Positions 52,447-64,000 of a DNA stretch of 64,000 nucleotides are shown piece by piece. Under the pieces are notes generated by a model. The model did not search any database. It was not told where the DNA came from and saw nothing but the letters and a program-made list of their open reading frames with translations. The position numbers and the translations under genes are program-made. Origin of the DNA: Blasia pusilla (taxonomy: Eukaryota); assembly GCA_050084515.1 (NCBI GenBank), contig CM114271.1:30628001-30692000 (forward strand), in the 5' to 3' direction. Numbering within the stretch: the stretch's first letter is position 1; each line of letters begins with the position of its first letter.

Positions 52447-52750
52447 CCCATTAGCTTGGGTATGCTACAGAACTACGGAGACCCATTGCATGCAATAAAG
52501 AATCGCACAAGCTAAGGACAACCCATGAGCCCAATTCATAAGGAACAAGTCAAACCTCTCCCCCATAGCCCCACACATCTCTATGGCTAGGGGGATGAAT
52601 CCATGTCCATCATGAAGTTGACTATAGAGATGGGTTTTCTTCGCCGCCGCCACTCCTTGTAGCAATCTCCCTTGTGCCACCATCAGGGCTCGCATAGCCT
52701 CCAACGTAGGAATTGTCACTATAACATCCACCGCCACCACCTCAATCTCT
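52447..52750 (-). mobile_element. Relic of a non-LTR retrotransposon C-terminal restriction-like endonuclease (CRE/R2-type)
   Basis: VDVIVT...AAAKKTHLY...FIPLAIEMCGAMGE...MQWVSVVL*HTQA matches the RLE pattern D...K..Y...F.P.A.E..G..G...Q.SV.LQ. Confidence 0.6.
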
Positions 52751-52911
52751 CGCGTCATATGAAGATGAGCGATAGGAGATAGGATGTAATAAGAAGGTGA
52801 CTGAAGTTGCTGCAATGCCAAAGGGTTAATTACAAGGTTATTTATGGAGTTCATGGCCTTCATTTCCTTGTCAATATAATGTTTCTGGATATTCTCTACT
52901 TTATAAGGTCC

Positions 52912-52997
52912 TAGAAGACGTTTTGGAAGACGTTTTGGAAGGTTTCCACAAGTTAGACTTAGAAGACGTTTTGGAAGGTCTCCACAAGTTAGACTTT
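52912..52997. repeat. Short tandem duplications
   Basis: AGAAGACGTTTTGGAAGG...CCACAAGTTAGACTT repeated. Confidence 0.8.
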
Positions 52998-54424
52998 TTT
53001 TAACAAGAAATTTTTTTAACTATAGTAATCCACGCATAAACACCCGTGTTTATTTTATCATTAACATTTGTGCAAGGGGGATCCATATTCACTCATATTT
53101 GTGCAAGGGGGATTAAAACCTATGTGGATATATCTCCATTAATGTGTATGCACATCCAAAATATATTTGTAGGAATTCAAGATGTTTTCATTTTATTAAT
53201 CCATGGACCATATTCTCCCCTAAAGCACCTACTAATCAAATTGATTTTCTCGGGCTATATGGGATACTAGATCCCATCTACGAGCACATTTTACAGTGTG
53301 AATGAGGAAAATTTGTAAAATATATTGTGGTTTATAGCCTCAATGGGTTGTAGTAGGGGAGGAGGTTTTTAAGTTCTTTAGGGTATCTACCACCACAAAC
53401 TATAGGGATGGATATAAAGTTTTTGAACGTATGAGTTTGTAGGCTTGGAGCAATTTGAGACATAAGATGATCAAGGTGGTTCATGAATCATATAGATTGG
53501 TCGATCACCAATCTATGGTATTATTGGGGGATAACTTCTTTATTTATAAACATCTTTGCATTTGATATATGGCAATGGGGCAATTAGAAAAAAATTGGTA
53601 GCATATATTCGAATAAATTGGAAAATCACTCAATGACATGTGAATCACACAAGATGTACGTGATCCACTTCTCGTGTGGAAGCTACATCCATGATCAAAC
53701 ACTCTCGGATTGCTTCACTGAAATTTGCACACCTCGTACATCACGAGTTCTCCTATACTCACTCTCAAGCCTTAAGTCAAGCTAGAATCCGAGCGCGCGG
53801 AAAAATTACTCCGGACCCTAATAAGGCTTCAGCTAAATAGCCATGAAACCGCTATATGTACCGTACCACAGAGGCCAGCCCCTACACCACCTCATCCCCA
53901 CCGGGGCGGTCATAAATGTTGAGCAAGCTCGCCTTTCAGGGATCTTCATGTCACTCTTCTAACTAATAGAATTTTAGTCACATAGACAACAACACAACAT
54001 TAGTAGAAAACGGACCATTTTAAACCCATATATTTGACTTGTGTTACTAAGAGTTATTTGAATTACACTAAGTTACTCTAGGACCAATCAATTGACTCGT
54101 GAATTACTCACAAGATAGTTTATTCATAATTAGTGACTAGTGTAAACTTAGAGAGGGAGGAAGGGTTTTGGATCTGGGTGGAATGACCAACCATTACTTA
54201 ATTCCAATACCAATTTGCAGTCATGGAAGGGTTTTTTGACTTCGAACACAAAACCCATATTTTTATTACTTTTCTAGAAGAATATCTTACATGCTACATT
54301 TTTGGATATAGGTTGAATAGGATGAAAGGATATACATGAGGAGGAAAAGAAACTATATAAGTGGAAACTAATGGACCACTGCTTAGGTAATTAAACCTCA
54401 TGATATTTTTCTTTAGGGAGGGTT

Positions 54425-54742
54425 CATACCTTATGTAGGGCCGTAGTGTCTAGGTAGAGATGCGGTTTCATACATAGGGTTGAGGGTTATGCAATTGAGG
54501 GTGACTTTTCCAATAGGGCCCGCTCTTAGGTTGGAGGATATAGTGTGGAGTGCACTCAAAAAACAGTTAGTTCTTTGAGTTGAGCCTGTTGCGTTGGGAG
54601 TTAACCTTGGTAGTGAGAAGAGCTCTTGGCTATGATGGTTCCCGCAAGCTTTGACCTGGATTCTCCCATCGTGGAGTGGGTTTGGCTTGATTGTATGTGA
54701 TTCTATATGTGTTTCATGACTGTAGGTCTTTCACAGATTTCA
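54425..54742 (+). repeat. Block B1 of element 2 (lacks the first about 50 bp)
   Basis: Direct repeat of 63693-64000. The right boundary is inferred from the putative PBS at 54743-54754. Confidence 0.85.
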
Positions 54743-56229
54743 CTCACAGAACTAGAGTAGATCGATGGTAGCTTCGATTGTGGATCAGTAGGATCTGGTT
54801 AGGGTTGATTGTGTACTCAGCCGTGGATGTTTGTGGCTTGTGGCCTATGTTGGAGGTGGGAATCTGGTGCGTGATTGGTTGAGAAAGAAGCGCCTTGCTG
54901 AGAGCTTTGCAACGCGCTTTAGATCGCCAGATTTCGTTAAGGGAGTTGGAAGTTATCAAGGATTGAAGATACTGGTTCGTGTTCGACGGTTTCCTGATGT
55001 AGAGAGCTTGGAGTGCGGAAGCTCTGTTGAAGTTCATCCAGATCGGGTGACAGGTTCCTGTTGCTACTTGTATTGGGATCTTATGTGAAGCTATCTGCTT
55101 GAGTGTGTAGAGTGTTGCGGATTTCTGCAGGCATGAATCTGGGCGGAAGCGCTGTCGGATTTGCAATTCTGGAGATGTATGGACAACAAGTTTGTCTGAT
55201 TTTTATCTTGGAGTACAGAGCTTGGTTGTAGCTGATTTTTTGTAAAGAGATAGCTATGGTGGTCAATTGAATTTTGGTCGAAAAAAAATCAATTTTGGTT
55301 GAGGATTTGTGGAGTAATTGGTGATTGGAATTTCGCGGACTAGCTCAAGGTCTGGCTATGGTGGACAGCAGATCGGAGGGGCTGGTTGGTTGGTGATTTG
55401 TCTGTTGTTGGAGACGCCTATCCCATTGGGGGCGCCCTGGTTGGGCCTCTCTCCATAGCAAAGCATGGCGATAGGGGCATGTCTCAAGCATTTCTCGAGG
55501 CTTCGAGGCAACTCGTGGTAGCTCGGAGCGAGTGGGCGTGAGAGGCGGAGTAAGGAGCAAGGAGCAAGGAGCAAGCTTGCTTGCTTGGGCGTGAGGCAGT
55601 TTTTGCAAGATTTGTGATTTGAGTGTTGCATAACTGGTCATCCATCTTTGGGCTATTATGCCTGGAAGACGCTTAACTGCTGAGTTCTTAACTATGCCAA
55701 TGTACACACTGGTGTAGCTCATTTGGTGTTGTTCGGAGATGTGTTAGGCGCTTTATGCATCTCAGGTTTTTGGTTGATGGATCTCTAGCGCATAGTAGGG
55801 TGTAGCCTCTCCATGCAAGTGATATTTTCAGATGCTACGAGTCCGACTAGCACGTCATCGACCGCGGCGGAGTAGCTATTGCGTTAGAATTGTGTGGTGG
55901 GTTCTGTGGATTTAGGGGGCGCCACGTTTGGTGGATTTTGTTACCTTGATTTCCATTTGCGATTGGAGGGTTGTCGTTGGACTTCCTCTGTTTGGATCCC
56001 CTCCATCGTTGCTTCTTGCTTGGGGCCCATTGTTAGGGATGTTGATTTCCATAGTAGTGTTACTCTTGTGTGCTACCGGTAGTGAGACTGGAGTGATGAC
56101 CAGTAGACCGTGGGAGGCTTCTTGTGGTGATGAAAGGTTAGGTTGCCTACACCCATAGCTATTAGAGCTAGAATAGTACAGCGACATCAACGTCACTTGG
56201 TTACTTAGTGGTGGTAATTTGATGGTGGT

Positions 56230-57582
56230 GTGGCATCGGTGTTGGTCATCACGGAGCTGTCTGGTGGTCTGGTTGGGGACCGTGGTGCGGACAGTGGTGG
56301 TTTTACACGGAGTGAATTGAGGTATCGGCTACCTTTTCCACTTCCGACAGTTGATGAAGAGGAGGACGAGGGTGTTCCAAACACCAAGTCTTCTACGTTG
56401 TTATCGAGTGTTGCAGCTCCATTGATCTGGGACATGGACGGGATATATAGGGCCATGAAGGGCCCAGGACGATACTCGGATGCAGTGGGCACCATTGAGT
56501 TGGAGGACTTCATGCACGAGTTTGATACGTGGTGTGATATGCAGATGTTGCGGAACGCCACGTTGTTTACACCCTTCTTGGCTTGGAAGGGGTTGTTTCA
56601 GCAGTTGGAGGGGCCACCCATGGATGATTACCATGAGTTTAGGAAGGACCATGTTGCTGAGATTGAGGCGTGGAGAAAATATTGGTCTCCAGGTTATGTG
56701 TCTATCACCCATGGTGGTATTGGTAGTAGTGCTACTACTATGCTAGCCAGCCCGACGTTGAGTGGTACGAGTATGAGCCGGAGTGGGGGTACCAATGGAG
56801 GAACCCATGGAGGTACCAGTGGGGGTACTAGTGCCCCACCATCGTTCAGCCCGATTGCAAAGTTCTTCAACAGGTTGAAGAAGAACTATCAGGGAGTGAA
56901 GACACAGAAGTTGAGGAGTCTTCAGGAATTTGAGCGAAAGACTGGTGAGAGTCTTCGTGAGTCATACACTCGTATGCGACGCTTGATTTCACTTACCCAG
57001 GGTGTGACTGAGGCTCAATAAGTCCACTTTTGGTATGGGATCTTGGATAGAGAGTTGCGCCGCAAGGTACGTGATGCTACTCTTATGAGTGATGATTCAC
57101 CCACATTGACCCATGTGTTTGCTCTATCTGAGAAGATTGAGCTTAACATGGTGGAGGAGAGAGTGGTGACATCCGCATTCAATAGGGATACAACTACTAC
57201 TTCTCGTGTTCAGCAGTCCACCTCACAATCTCATAGTAGTGATGGTGGTAGTAGTAGTGGGAGTCGTGGGGGGTACACACGACCTCAGTCAGGTCCTAGA
57301 GGGTCACCTGCGTAGAGACCATTGCCTTCATTTGCTGCCCCGCAGCAAGGACAGTCATGTTGGACATGTGGAGGTGATCATGTTAGGAGGTTTTGTCCCC
57401 AAGAGGATGGGACACGGACTTTGGAGGATGGGCCTCAGTCGGCCACAACTCAGTGTGATCATTGCGGGAGACCAGGTCATCCTCGAGAGCGTTGCTTTGA
57501 TCTTCATCCAGAGTTGAGATCAGGCTGCGGCCGTGGTGGAGTAGCTCCGCGAGGCCGAGGTGGTAGGGATGGTAGAGGTTGA
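56230..57582 (+). pseudogene. gag of element 2
   Basis: GTIELEDFMHEFDTWC, ERKTGESLRESYTRMRRL, CWTCGGDHVRRFC, CDHCGRPGHPRERC. Confidence 0.85.
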
Positions 57583-58241
57583 CCAGTGGTTGGAGAGCCT
57601 ACGGTGGCTACCCCTACCACTACAACAGAGTTAGCTATGGTCGTCGAGATTGAGCTTGATTGGAGCAGAGTTGGCTACTATGGTCGGTATCCAAAGAAAG
57701 AGCGTGTTCGGGAGCAAGGGCTTCCACCTCTTATGGAGGGGATGATCTCTCTTATATGGCGAGTGCAGCACAGGTTGAGGCATCAACTGCAGTTATGAGA
57801 GGAGCCACTCGAGCGTCAGAGCCACGTGGTGCTACTGTGGAGTTGGATCCACAAAGGGGTGAGGCTGGGAGGCAGGCTAGGCTTCCCGAATCATTCTTGT
57901 TGTTTTAGGTGCTTAGGACTCCATCCATGGTTCCTATGCAGCCTATTGAGCCGACAGTGGGGACAAAGGCATCTACATCGCGTGTAGTAGATACGGATGC
58001 AGCATCTAGTGCAGTATTGCGGATGGCAACTTCAGTGTTGGGATCCCCATTGTTTTCGGCCACGGAGCTGATGGCTTTAGGAGTTGATGAGGTGGATGAG
58101 GGTGTTGCGGTGGAGCGACCCTTTTTGTCAGGTGTTGCATTGAGTACCAGTGCTACTTGGCAAGCAACAGCGGCAAAGATGGATGCATTACCAGCTTGAC
58201 GAGCCATTGATCGTGAGAGGCTTACACCTGGTGTATGTAAG

Positions 58242-58691
58242 TTGGACAACCAGAGTGGGATATTCCGATTGGTGAGTCCTATAGGTCAGGTGTATAGACC
58301 AGATAGAGTCTTGTTAGACTCTGGCGCCCAACCTTTGATGTTGGGAAAGGCGGCATGTATTGGTTTGGGTATTCGGAGGTCAGAGCTTGAGCCTTGCCCA
58401 TTCCAGATTCAAACATCACTTGGAGGAGCCAAGGATAGGTCTCAATTCATGACACGGGAGAAGTTGTCTCTACAGTTGAGACCAAATCATGCGACTGATA
58501 GCTCTCGGTTGGGAGTACCTGTAGTGGTCACATCAGCCGAGTCGTATGATGTACTACTTGGAGGAGCAGTATTGTATCCGATGGGTTTTCAGATGGACTA
58601 CTGGACTGAGACAGCGTCTTATAGACCTGGTTGGCAGTCCGGGGATGGACGTATGAGCCAGGTTCCTGTGAGATTTATTTATGGGGCTTGA
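58242..58691 (+). pseudogene. Aspartic protease of element 2
   Basis: VLLDSGAQP and YDVLLG. Confidence 0.9.
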
Positions 58692-59045
58692 CCAAGAGGG
58701 TCTTCCCCAACGGTGTTAGCATCTGTGGCTGGTTTTAGTGGAATAGTCACTTGGCCAGGAGACTTTTTGGAGGGTAATGTTTCTGCTATGGATTCTCCTG
58801 TGCATGAGGAGGTAAAGGAGGTCCCTAGTTTTGCAGTAGTGGCATCCTCATCGTTGGATGTGCCACTTTGGAGTTCAGGCGGTGCACTACGGCAAGAGGC
58901 TGATCGCCTAGTGTAGGAGGCTTGGTGTGAGGCTGTTATACCTCACGAGGAAGAGGAGGCCCCACGGCGGACTCCTACTTCTGGTCCAGTTGGGTTATCC
59001 CCTTTGGATACTACACCCATTGTATGGCAGTATCCGCCAAAGGGC

Positions 59046-59990
59046 ATTTTTGTGCTAGATCTCTTTGGTAGGATTAGCACTAGTTTGGCTGCAGTGTTGC
59101 AAACCGGTATTCCTGTGCAGAGATACGTGTATGTGGAGCGAGATGAGACGGCCCAAAGAGTCTCATCCCGACATATGGGTCAGTTGATGCGGAGATATCC
59201 TCAGTTGTTGCCGCCATCAACTATTCGTGGGTACCAGCGTGCTTTGCCGTCACACATTGCATTGTTGGAGGCGCAAGATCTTGAGAGGGTTGGTCCTGTG
59301 GATTTGGTGATTGCTGGATGGCCATGTCAGGGTCATACACGTGCTGGTCGTGGTGAGGGATTACACGACCCTAGGTCTCGATTGTTTTGGGAGATGTTAC
59401 GGGTGTTACGACATCTTCGGGTTCATCAGGCTCGTGCTCCAACTTACATTCTGGAGAATGTTCCATTGTTGGGTGACACTCAGACCCAGATGATGGCGAG
59501 TGTTCATGAGGTGCGGTCTTGGATTGTACCAGCGGTGTTGTTGGATGCAGCGCGAGTTGGCTCGCGTTCACATCGTCCACGCTTGTGGTGGAGAAACTTG
59601 TTGCCTAGGGAGGTTCTACGTCGAGCATATGATGCAGTGCAGCGGGATTCTTGCCTTACAGTGGATAGTATCTTGGATACTGGGCGACTTTCTCAGGTGG
59701 TGAGGGTTATTGATCCGTCACCCATGGTAGTGGTGAACCGTGTGGGCCAGCCTAGGATGGCACTATGTAGATTTCTGAGTTTTCCCTCGTCACATGCCTA
59801 CAGGGAAGGTGGTTCCGGGCTTGTATGGGATTCTCATGTGCGACAGTTGGTGGAGCTTAACGCTGATGAGAGAGAGCGTGCGATGGGATTTGCTATTGGT
59901 GTGATAGCGGTTGCTTCCATTTCTGAGGCTTCAGGACGTCATGTGTTGGGTCAAGCCATGGACCTGAATTTTTTGACTTGGATTTTGAGT
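59046..59990 (+). CDS. DNMT3-like C5 cytosine methyltransferase domain of element 2 (no stop within the domain; surrounding polyprotein disrupted)
   Basis: VLDLFGRISTS, YVERD, DLVIAGWPCQG, YILENV, LLDAARVGSRSHRPRLWWRNL, ERERAMGF, GRHVLGQAM. Same frame as PR and RT. Confidence 0.92.
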
Positions 59991-60245
59991 CTTGGTATGG
60001 CCGAGTAGCGTCGACTTCGGACTATGTCTATGGGTCTTCCACCCCTTGTGATGAGCTCGATGGCTACCGGGACGGTAGAGACATCGGCAAGGGGCGAGGA
60101 GAATAGTATTTTGCATCCTTGGAGTAAATGGGATGTAATGGCTGGGAATGTGGAGTTGGTTGCTCATGTTGGTTGAGAAGTTATTTGCTTAGATGATGGT
60201 GTAGCTAAGGGTGTACCATCTTATGAGGGGGTTATCTAGTAGCCA

Positions 60246-61730
60246 ATGGCGTCATCCTCTCCCTCTAGTGTGCTAGTGGAGGAGATTTGGGAGCCATTAC
60301 TTGGGCCCAAGCTTAGGGGAGGTGAGAAACGACGCTTGACACAATTCCTACGTGCTTATAGGAGTTGTTTTGCCTTATGCATGAAGGAGTTGGGTTCTTT
60401 GGTTGGACCCGGTATACGGATTGATTTGGCTAGTGATTCGCCAATCTTCCGTCGTCCCTACCGATATAGTGATATGGAGAGGGACCTGATTCAGAGTAGG
60501 ACGTTGGACCCTTTGGAGGCTGGATTAGTGGAGTTGTCGCATGGAGAGTATGCATCAGCCACTGTCATGCCTACTAAAAAGGATGTGCATGGCAACTACA
60601 CAAATAGGCGGATGTGTGGAGATTACGGTCCTATCAATCGGCAGACCAAGGCCGATAGGTATGTCATGCCTACACCTGAGGAGATCTTTGATGTGGTGGG
60701 ACAGGAAAATATTTTTAGTACTTTGAATCTTCGGGCAGGATACCATCAGTTGCCAATTCGAGAGAGAGACAAGGCCAAGACAACATTTTGGGGTGTCAAC
60801 TCTCATGGCAAGGATTGTTTGTACTAGTGGAAATTCTTACCCTTTGGGTTGAAGAATGCACCTGCCGAGTTTCAGAGAGTGATGGACAAGATCCTAGCAG
60901 GGTTGGATTTTGTTCGGTGTTACATTGATGATATCTTGTGTACAATAACAGGGTGGAGGAGCATTAGATACATTTGTAGATTGTGTTTGAGCGGTTGAAA
61001 ACTCATGGTCTACGTTTGCATCCAGGAAAGTGTAAGCTCTTCCATGAGGATGTTGAGTACTTGGGTCATGTGATCTATCCAGGTGGTTTGGGAGTTCAGC
61101 AAGCAAAGGTGGAGGCTATTGCACTTATTCTTGGTCCGGTAGATGTGAGTAGAGTTCGGGCATTCATGGGATCAGCGAACTACTATCAGAGGTATGTGAA
61201 GGGATTTAGTGCTATGGTAAACCCTTTGAACCAATTGCTGAAATCAGATCAAGAGTGGCACTGGGGAGATGATTAGGAGAGAGCTTTTGTGGAGTTCAAG
61301 GCCCAGTTGGTAACGGCGCCTATCTTGAGGAGACCTATCAGAGGGCGCCAATTTCAGTTACACACTGATTGGACTAGGTTGGGACTTGGAGCGGTGTTGA
61401 CACAACATGATGATGAGCACATGGAGTTTGTGGTGGCCTATGCAAGTCGTTCGAATAATGCAGCGGAGTCGCGCTATAGTTCATATGAGGGAGAGTGCTT
61501 GGCAGTAGTGTGGGTTGTGGCACACTTTAGATGTTACTTGTTTGGCACAAAGTTTACCCTTATTACTCATCACCAGCCGCTCAAGTGGTTGATGGAGTTT
61601 GACAAGCTTACAAGGAAGCTTGCACGGTGAGCTCTTATCTTACAAGAGTATGACTTCCAGTTGGTACATAGACCTGGAGTTGCCAACCTTGATGCTGATG
61701 GGTTGAGTAGGAACCCATGTACTAGCCAAG
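60246..61730 (+). pseudogene. RT and RNase H of element 2
   Basis: RRMCGDY, LRAGYHQ, LPFGLKNAP, YIDD, HTDWTRLGLGAVL, YEGECLAVVW. Confidence 0.93.
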
Positions 61731-62109
61731 AGGATGCAACTGGGGCTAGATGGCATGGCGAGGTTGATGAAGAGATGGTGCCAGGTTGGCATGCATCCGC
61801 CTTTTTATGTTGGTTAGGGGTGGACTCTAGTATGGAGGAAAAAATGACATCTTACTCTAGTCAGAGGGTAGATGGCCAGCCTTCAGATCCTAAGGTTGGA
61901 GATGGTGGTACGGATCAGCATGATATTCATGATGATCCGTTGGTGTTGGAGTTCCTACGGACCAGTAGGATGCCAGGCATAGTGAGTGCCAAGGAGCGAG
62001 ACCGTGTTCTTCAACGTGCTAAGAGGTATCGATTGGAGGGAACACATATTCTCCGTGTGTGGGAGGATGGTAGAGTACGAGTAGTGCCACATTTGGCTTA
62101 GAGAGAGCG

Positions 62110-63361
62110 CATTGTGGGACATGCCCATGAGGAGTTGGGACATTTTGGGGTAAAGCGTATGTTTAGCTTACTCCTTGGTCAGTATTGGTGGCGTGGCATG
62201 TATACTCAGGTACAGCAGTTGGTGTCATATTGTATGGTTTGTGACTGGGTGAGGGCATCATTCAATGCCCCTACACCATAGTTACACCCCTTGCCTATCA
62301 TGGGGTTGGGTTACTATTGGAGTGTGGACTTTGCGGAACCTTTACCGTTGACTGTACGACATCATCAATATGTGTTGGTGATGGTGGAGCACTTCTCCAA
62401 GTGGATTGAGTTGGTGACATTACTTGACAAGGCAAGTGAGGGAAAGGCATATGCGTTTCTTGATAGAGTGCTTAGTCATTTTTGTGCACTAGCTGAAGTG
62501 CTGACCGACCAGGGTACAGAGTTTCAGGGTGAGTTTCAGGTCTTGTGTGACAAGGCGTTGATTGATCATCGGACCACGTCTCGAGATCATCCAGAGGTGG
62601 ATGGTTTGGCTGAGCGTGTGGTTTAGACGATGAAGAGGGCATTGCGCAAGTATGGCCTCTGAAGGGCATCTTGGCGATAGGATATTCAGTTGCCATGGTT
62701 AGCCATGGGGTATAGGTTCAGTCGCCAAGCATCCTTGGCTTCCTTCTCACCTTATTTTCTGTTATACAGCCGAGATCCAGACTTGCCAGCATAAATTTGT
62801 CAGGAGTCTAGTGAGGTGGTGAACCTTGATGACCCAAAGATGTGGATGAGAGTGTGTTCTCAGCGGGCAGAGCTCTTTCGGAGAGTTATGCCAATAGCCT
62901 TTGAGAATCTTGCCATTGCTCAACACAGGGATACGTTGCGGTATGCAACCATTCGGGGTGGAGGTTATTGACCATCAATTTGTAGGTTCCATGTGGGGGA
63001 CTATGTCTATTTGCAGCAGATTGCACCGACAACGTTGGATGTGACGGCAGGCCGCACTATTTTACGAGTGCGCGAGGTGTTAGCTTCTGGAGTTGTCATG
63101 TTGGAGGGTCGTGATGGAGTTGTTTGGAAGGACCATGTGCATAATTGTGCGCCATGTTATCTTCCAAATGTGGATGGTACTGTTGACCCAAGCTTAGCCA
63201 TGATACGTGCTAGCTTGAGGTGCATGTTGTGTGGGTCTGCTGGTAACGCAGCCTGTATGTTGGTGTGTGATTGGTGTTCTAGGGATTGGCACATGATGTG
63301 TTTGACTCCACGTATGGATGTTGTTCCTACTGGAAGGTGGGTTTGTCCTCGATGTACTTAG
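62110..63361 (+). pseudogene. Integrase and C-terminal PHD finger of element 2
   Basis: HEELGH...CMVC, WSVDFAEP, LTDQG, LAERVV. PHD at 63221-63361: CMLC...CDWCSRDWHMMC...WVCPRC. Confidence 0.92.
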
Positions 63362-63535
63362 AAGAGGTAGATGACTTGATCTTTGCATGATATGGATTAC
63401 AGATGTGCGACGAACGATGGGGCAATCTAGTACCCGGCCTTCTGATTCGTGCACCCACGAAGGTGTATAGCATGTAGTAGATGTATAGGGCTACTTGGGA
63501 GTTAGAGGGACCTAACCGCCAGTTATGGGGGCGAG

Positions 63536-63640
63536 TTGTGGTACAGTTGTGTTTGTGTATGCTCTCGTCTATGTTATGTATGTATGTGAGTATGGTATGT
63601 CAGCGATGTATGTTGTATGACGATGTGGATTCACACGACA
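63536..63640 (+). repeat. Block A of element 2
   Basis: Follows the PPT-like GGGGGCGAG and ends CAGCGATGTATGTTGTATGACGATGTGGATTCACACGACA, then AC-TGTCA. Confidence 0.75.
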
Positions 63641-63642
63641 AC

Positions 63643-64000
63643 TGTCATGACCATACATATTATGTCGTAGAGTATAGTGTGCTAGTAGAGGCCATACCTT
63701 ATGTAGAGCGGTAGTGTTTAGGTAGAGATGCAGTTTCATACATAGGGTTGGGGGTTACTCACTTGAGGGTGACTTTTTCAGTAGGGCCCGCTCTTAGGTT
63801 AGAGGATATAGTGTGGAGTGCACTCAAAGAACAGTTAGTTCTTTGAGTTGAGCCTGTTGCGTTGGGAGTTAACCTTGATAGTGAGTAGAGCTCTTGGCTA
63901 TGGTGGTTTCCGCAAGCTTCGACCTGGATTCTCCCATCGTGGAGTGGGTTTGGCTCGATTGTATGTGATTCTATGCGTGTTTTATGACAGTATGTCTTTC
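63643..64000 (+). repeat. Block B2 of element 2 (truncated by the window end)
   Basis: Starts TGTCA and matches 54425-54732. Confidence 0.85.

Larger units (their letters stand above)
54425..64000 (+). mobile_element. Second Gypsy-type retrotransposon (element 2) with DNMT3-like and PHD domains; 5' end clipped, 3' end beyond the window
   Basis: Proteins are collinear and homologous with element 1, but the B repeats differ in sequence. 54425-54732 matches 63693-64000. Confidence 0.93.

Overview
Eukaryotic, plant-type, transposon-rich window with TTTAGGG motifs, a pectin methylesterase relic and an RLK/Pelle kinase. A non-flowering land plant is my inference. A degenerate intron-containing Helitron (to 20132) is interrupted by a 9.9-kb Ty3/Gypsy-type element (5441-15384). 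A second, diverged element of the same kind runs from about 54425 past the window end. Both encode gag-protease-[DNMT3-like C5 cytosine methyltransferase]-RT-RNaseH-integrase-PHD, which originally appears to have been one polyprotein. Their termini are unusual. Element 1 has a split/permuted repeat layout, B-internal-A-B-A, with TGTC...GACA ends and a 4-bp TSD. The internal A|B junction is the palindrome GACA-gc-TGTC, and the PBS is complementary to the element's own predicted 5' RNA end (self-priming). A solo unit with the same termini and a 4-bp TSD lies at 42882-43552. Host genes are an intronless RRM protein, a spliced KIX-domain protein, and a kinase whose upstream exon resembles retrotransposon gag. 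Also present are decayed Gypsy, Copia and RLE-type non-LTR relics, hAT-like MITEs and microsatellites. All calls are by eye; no database searches were run.
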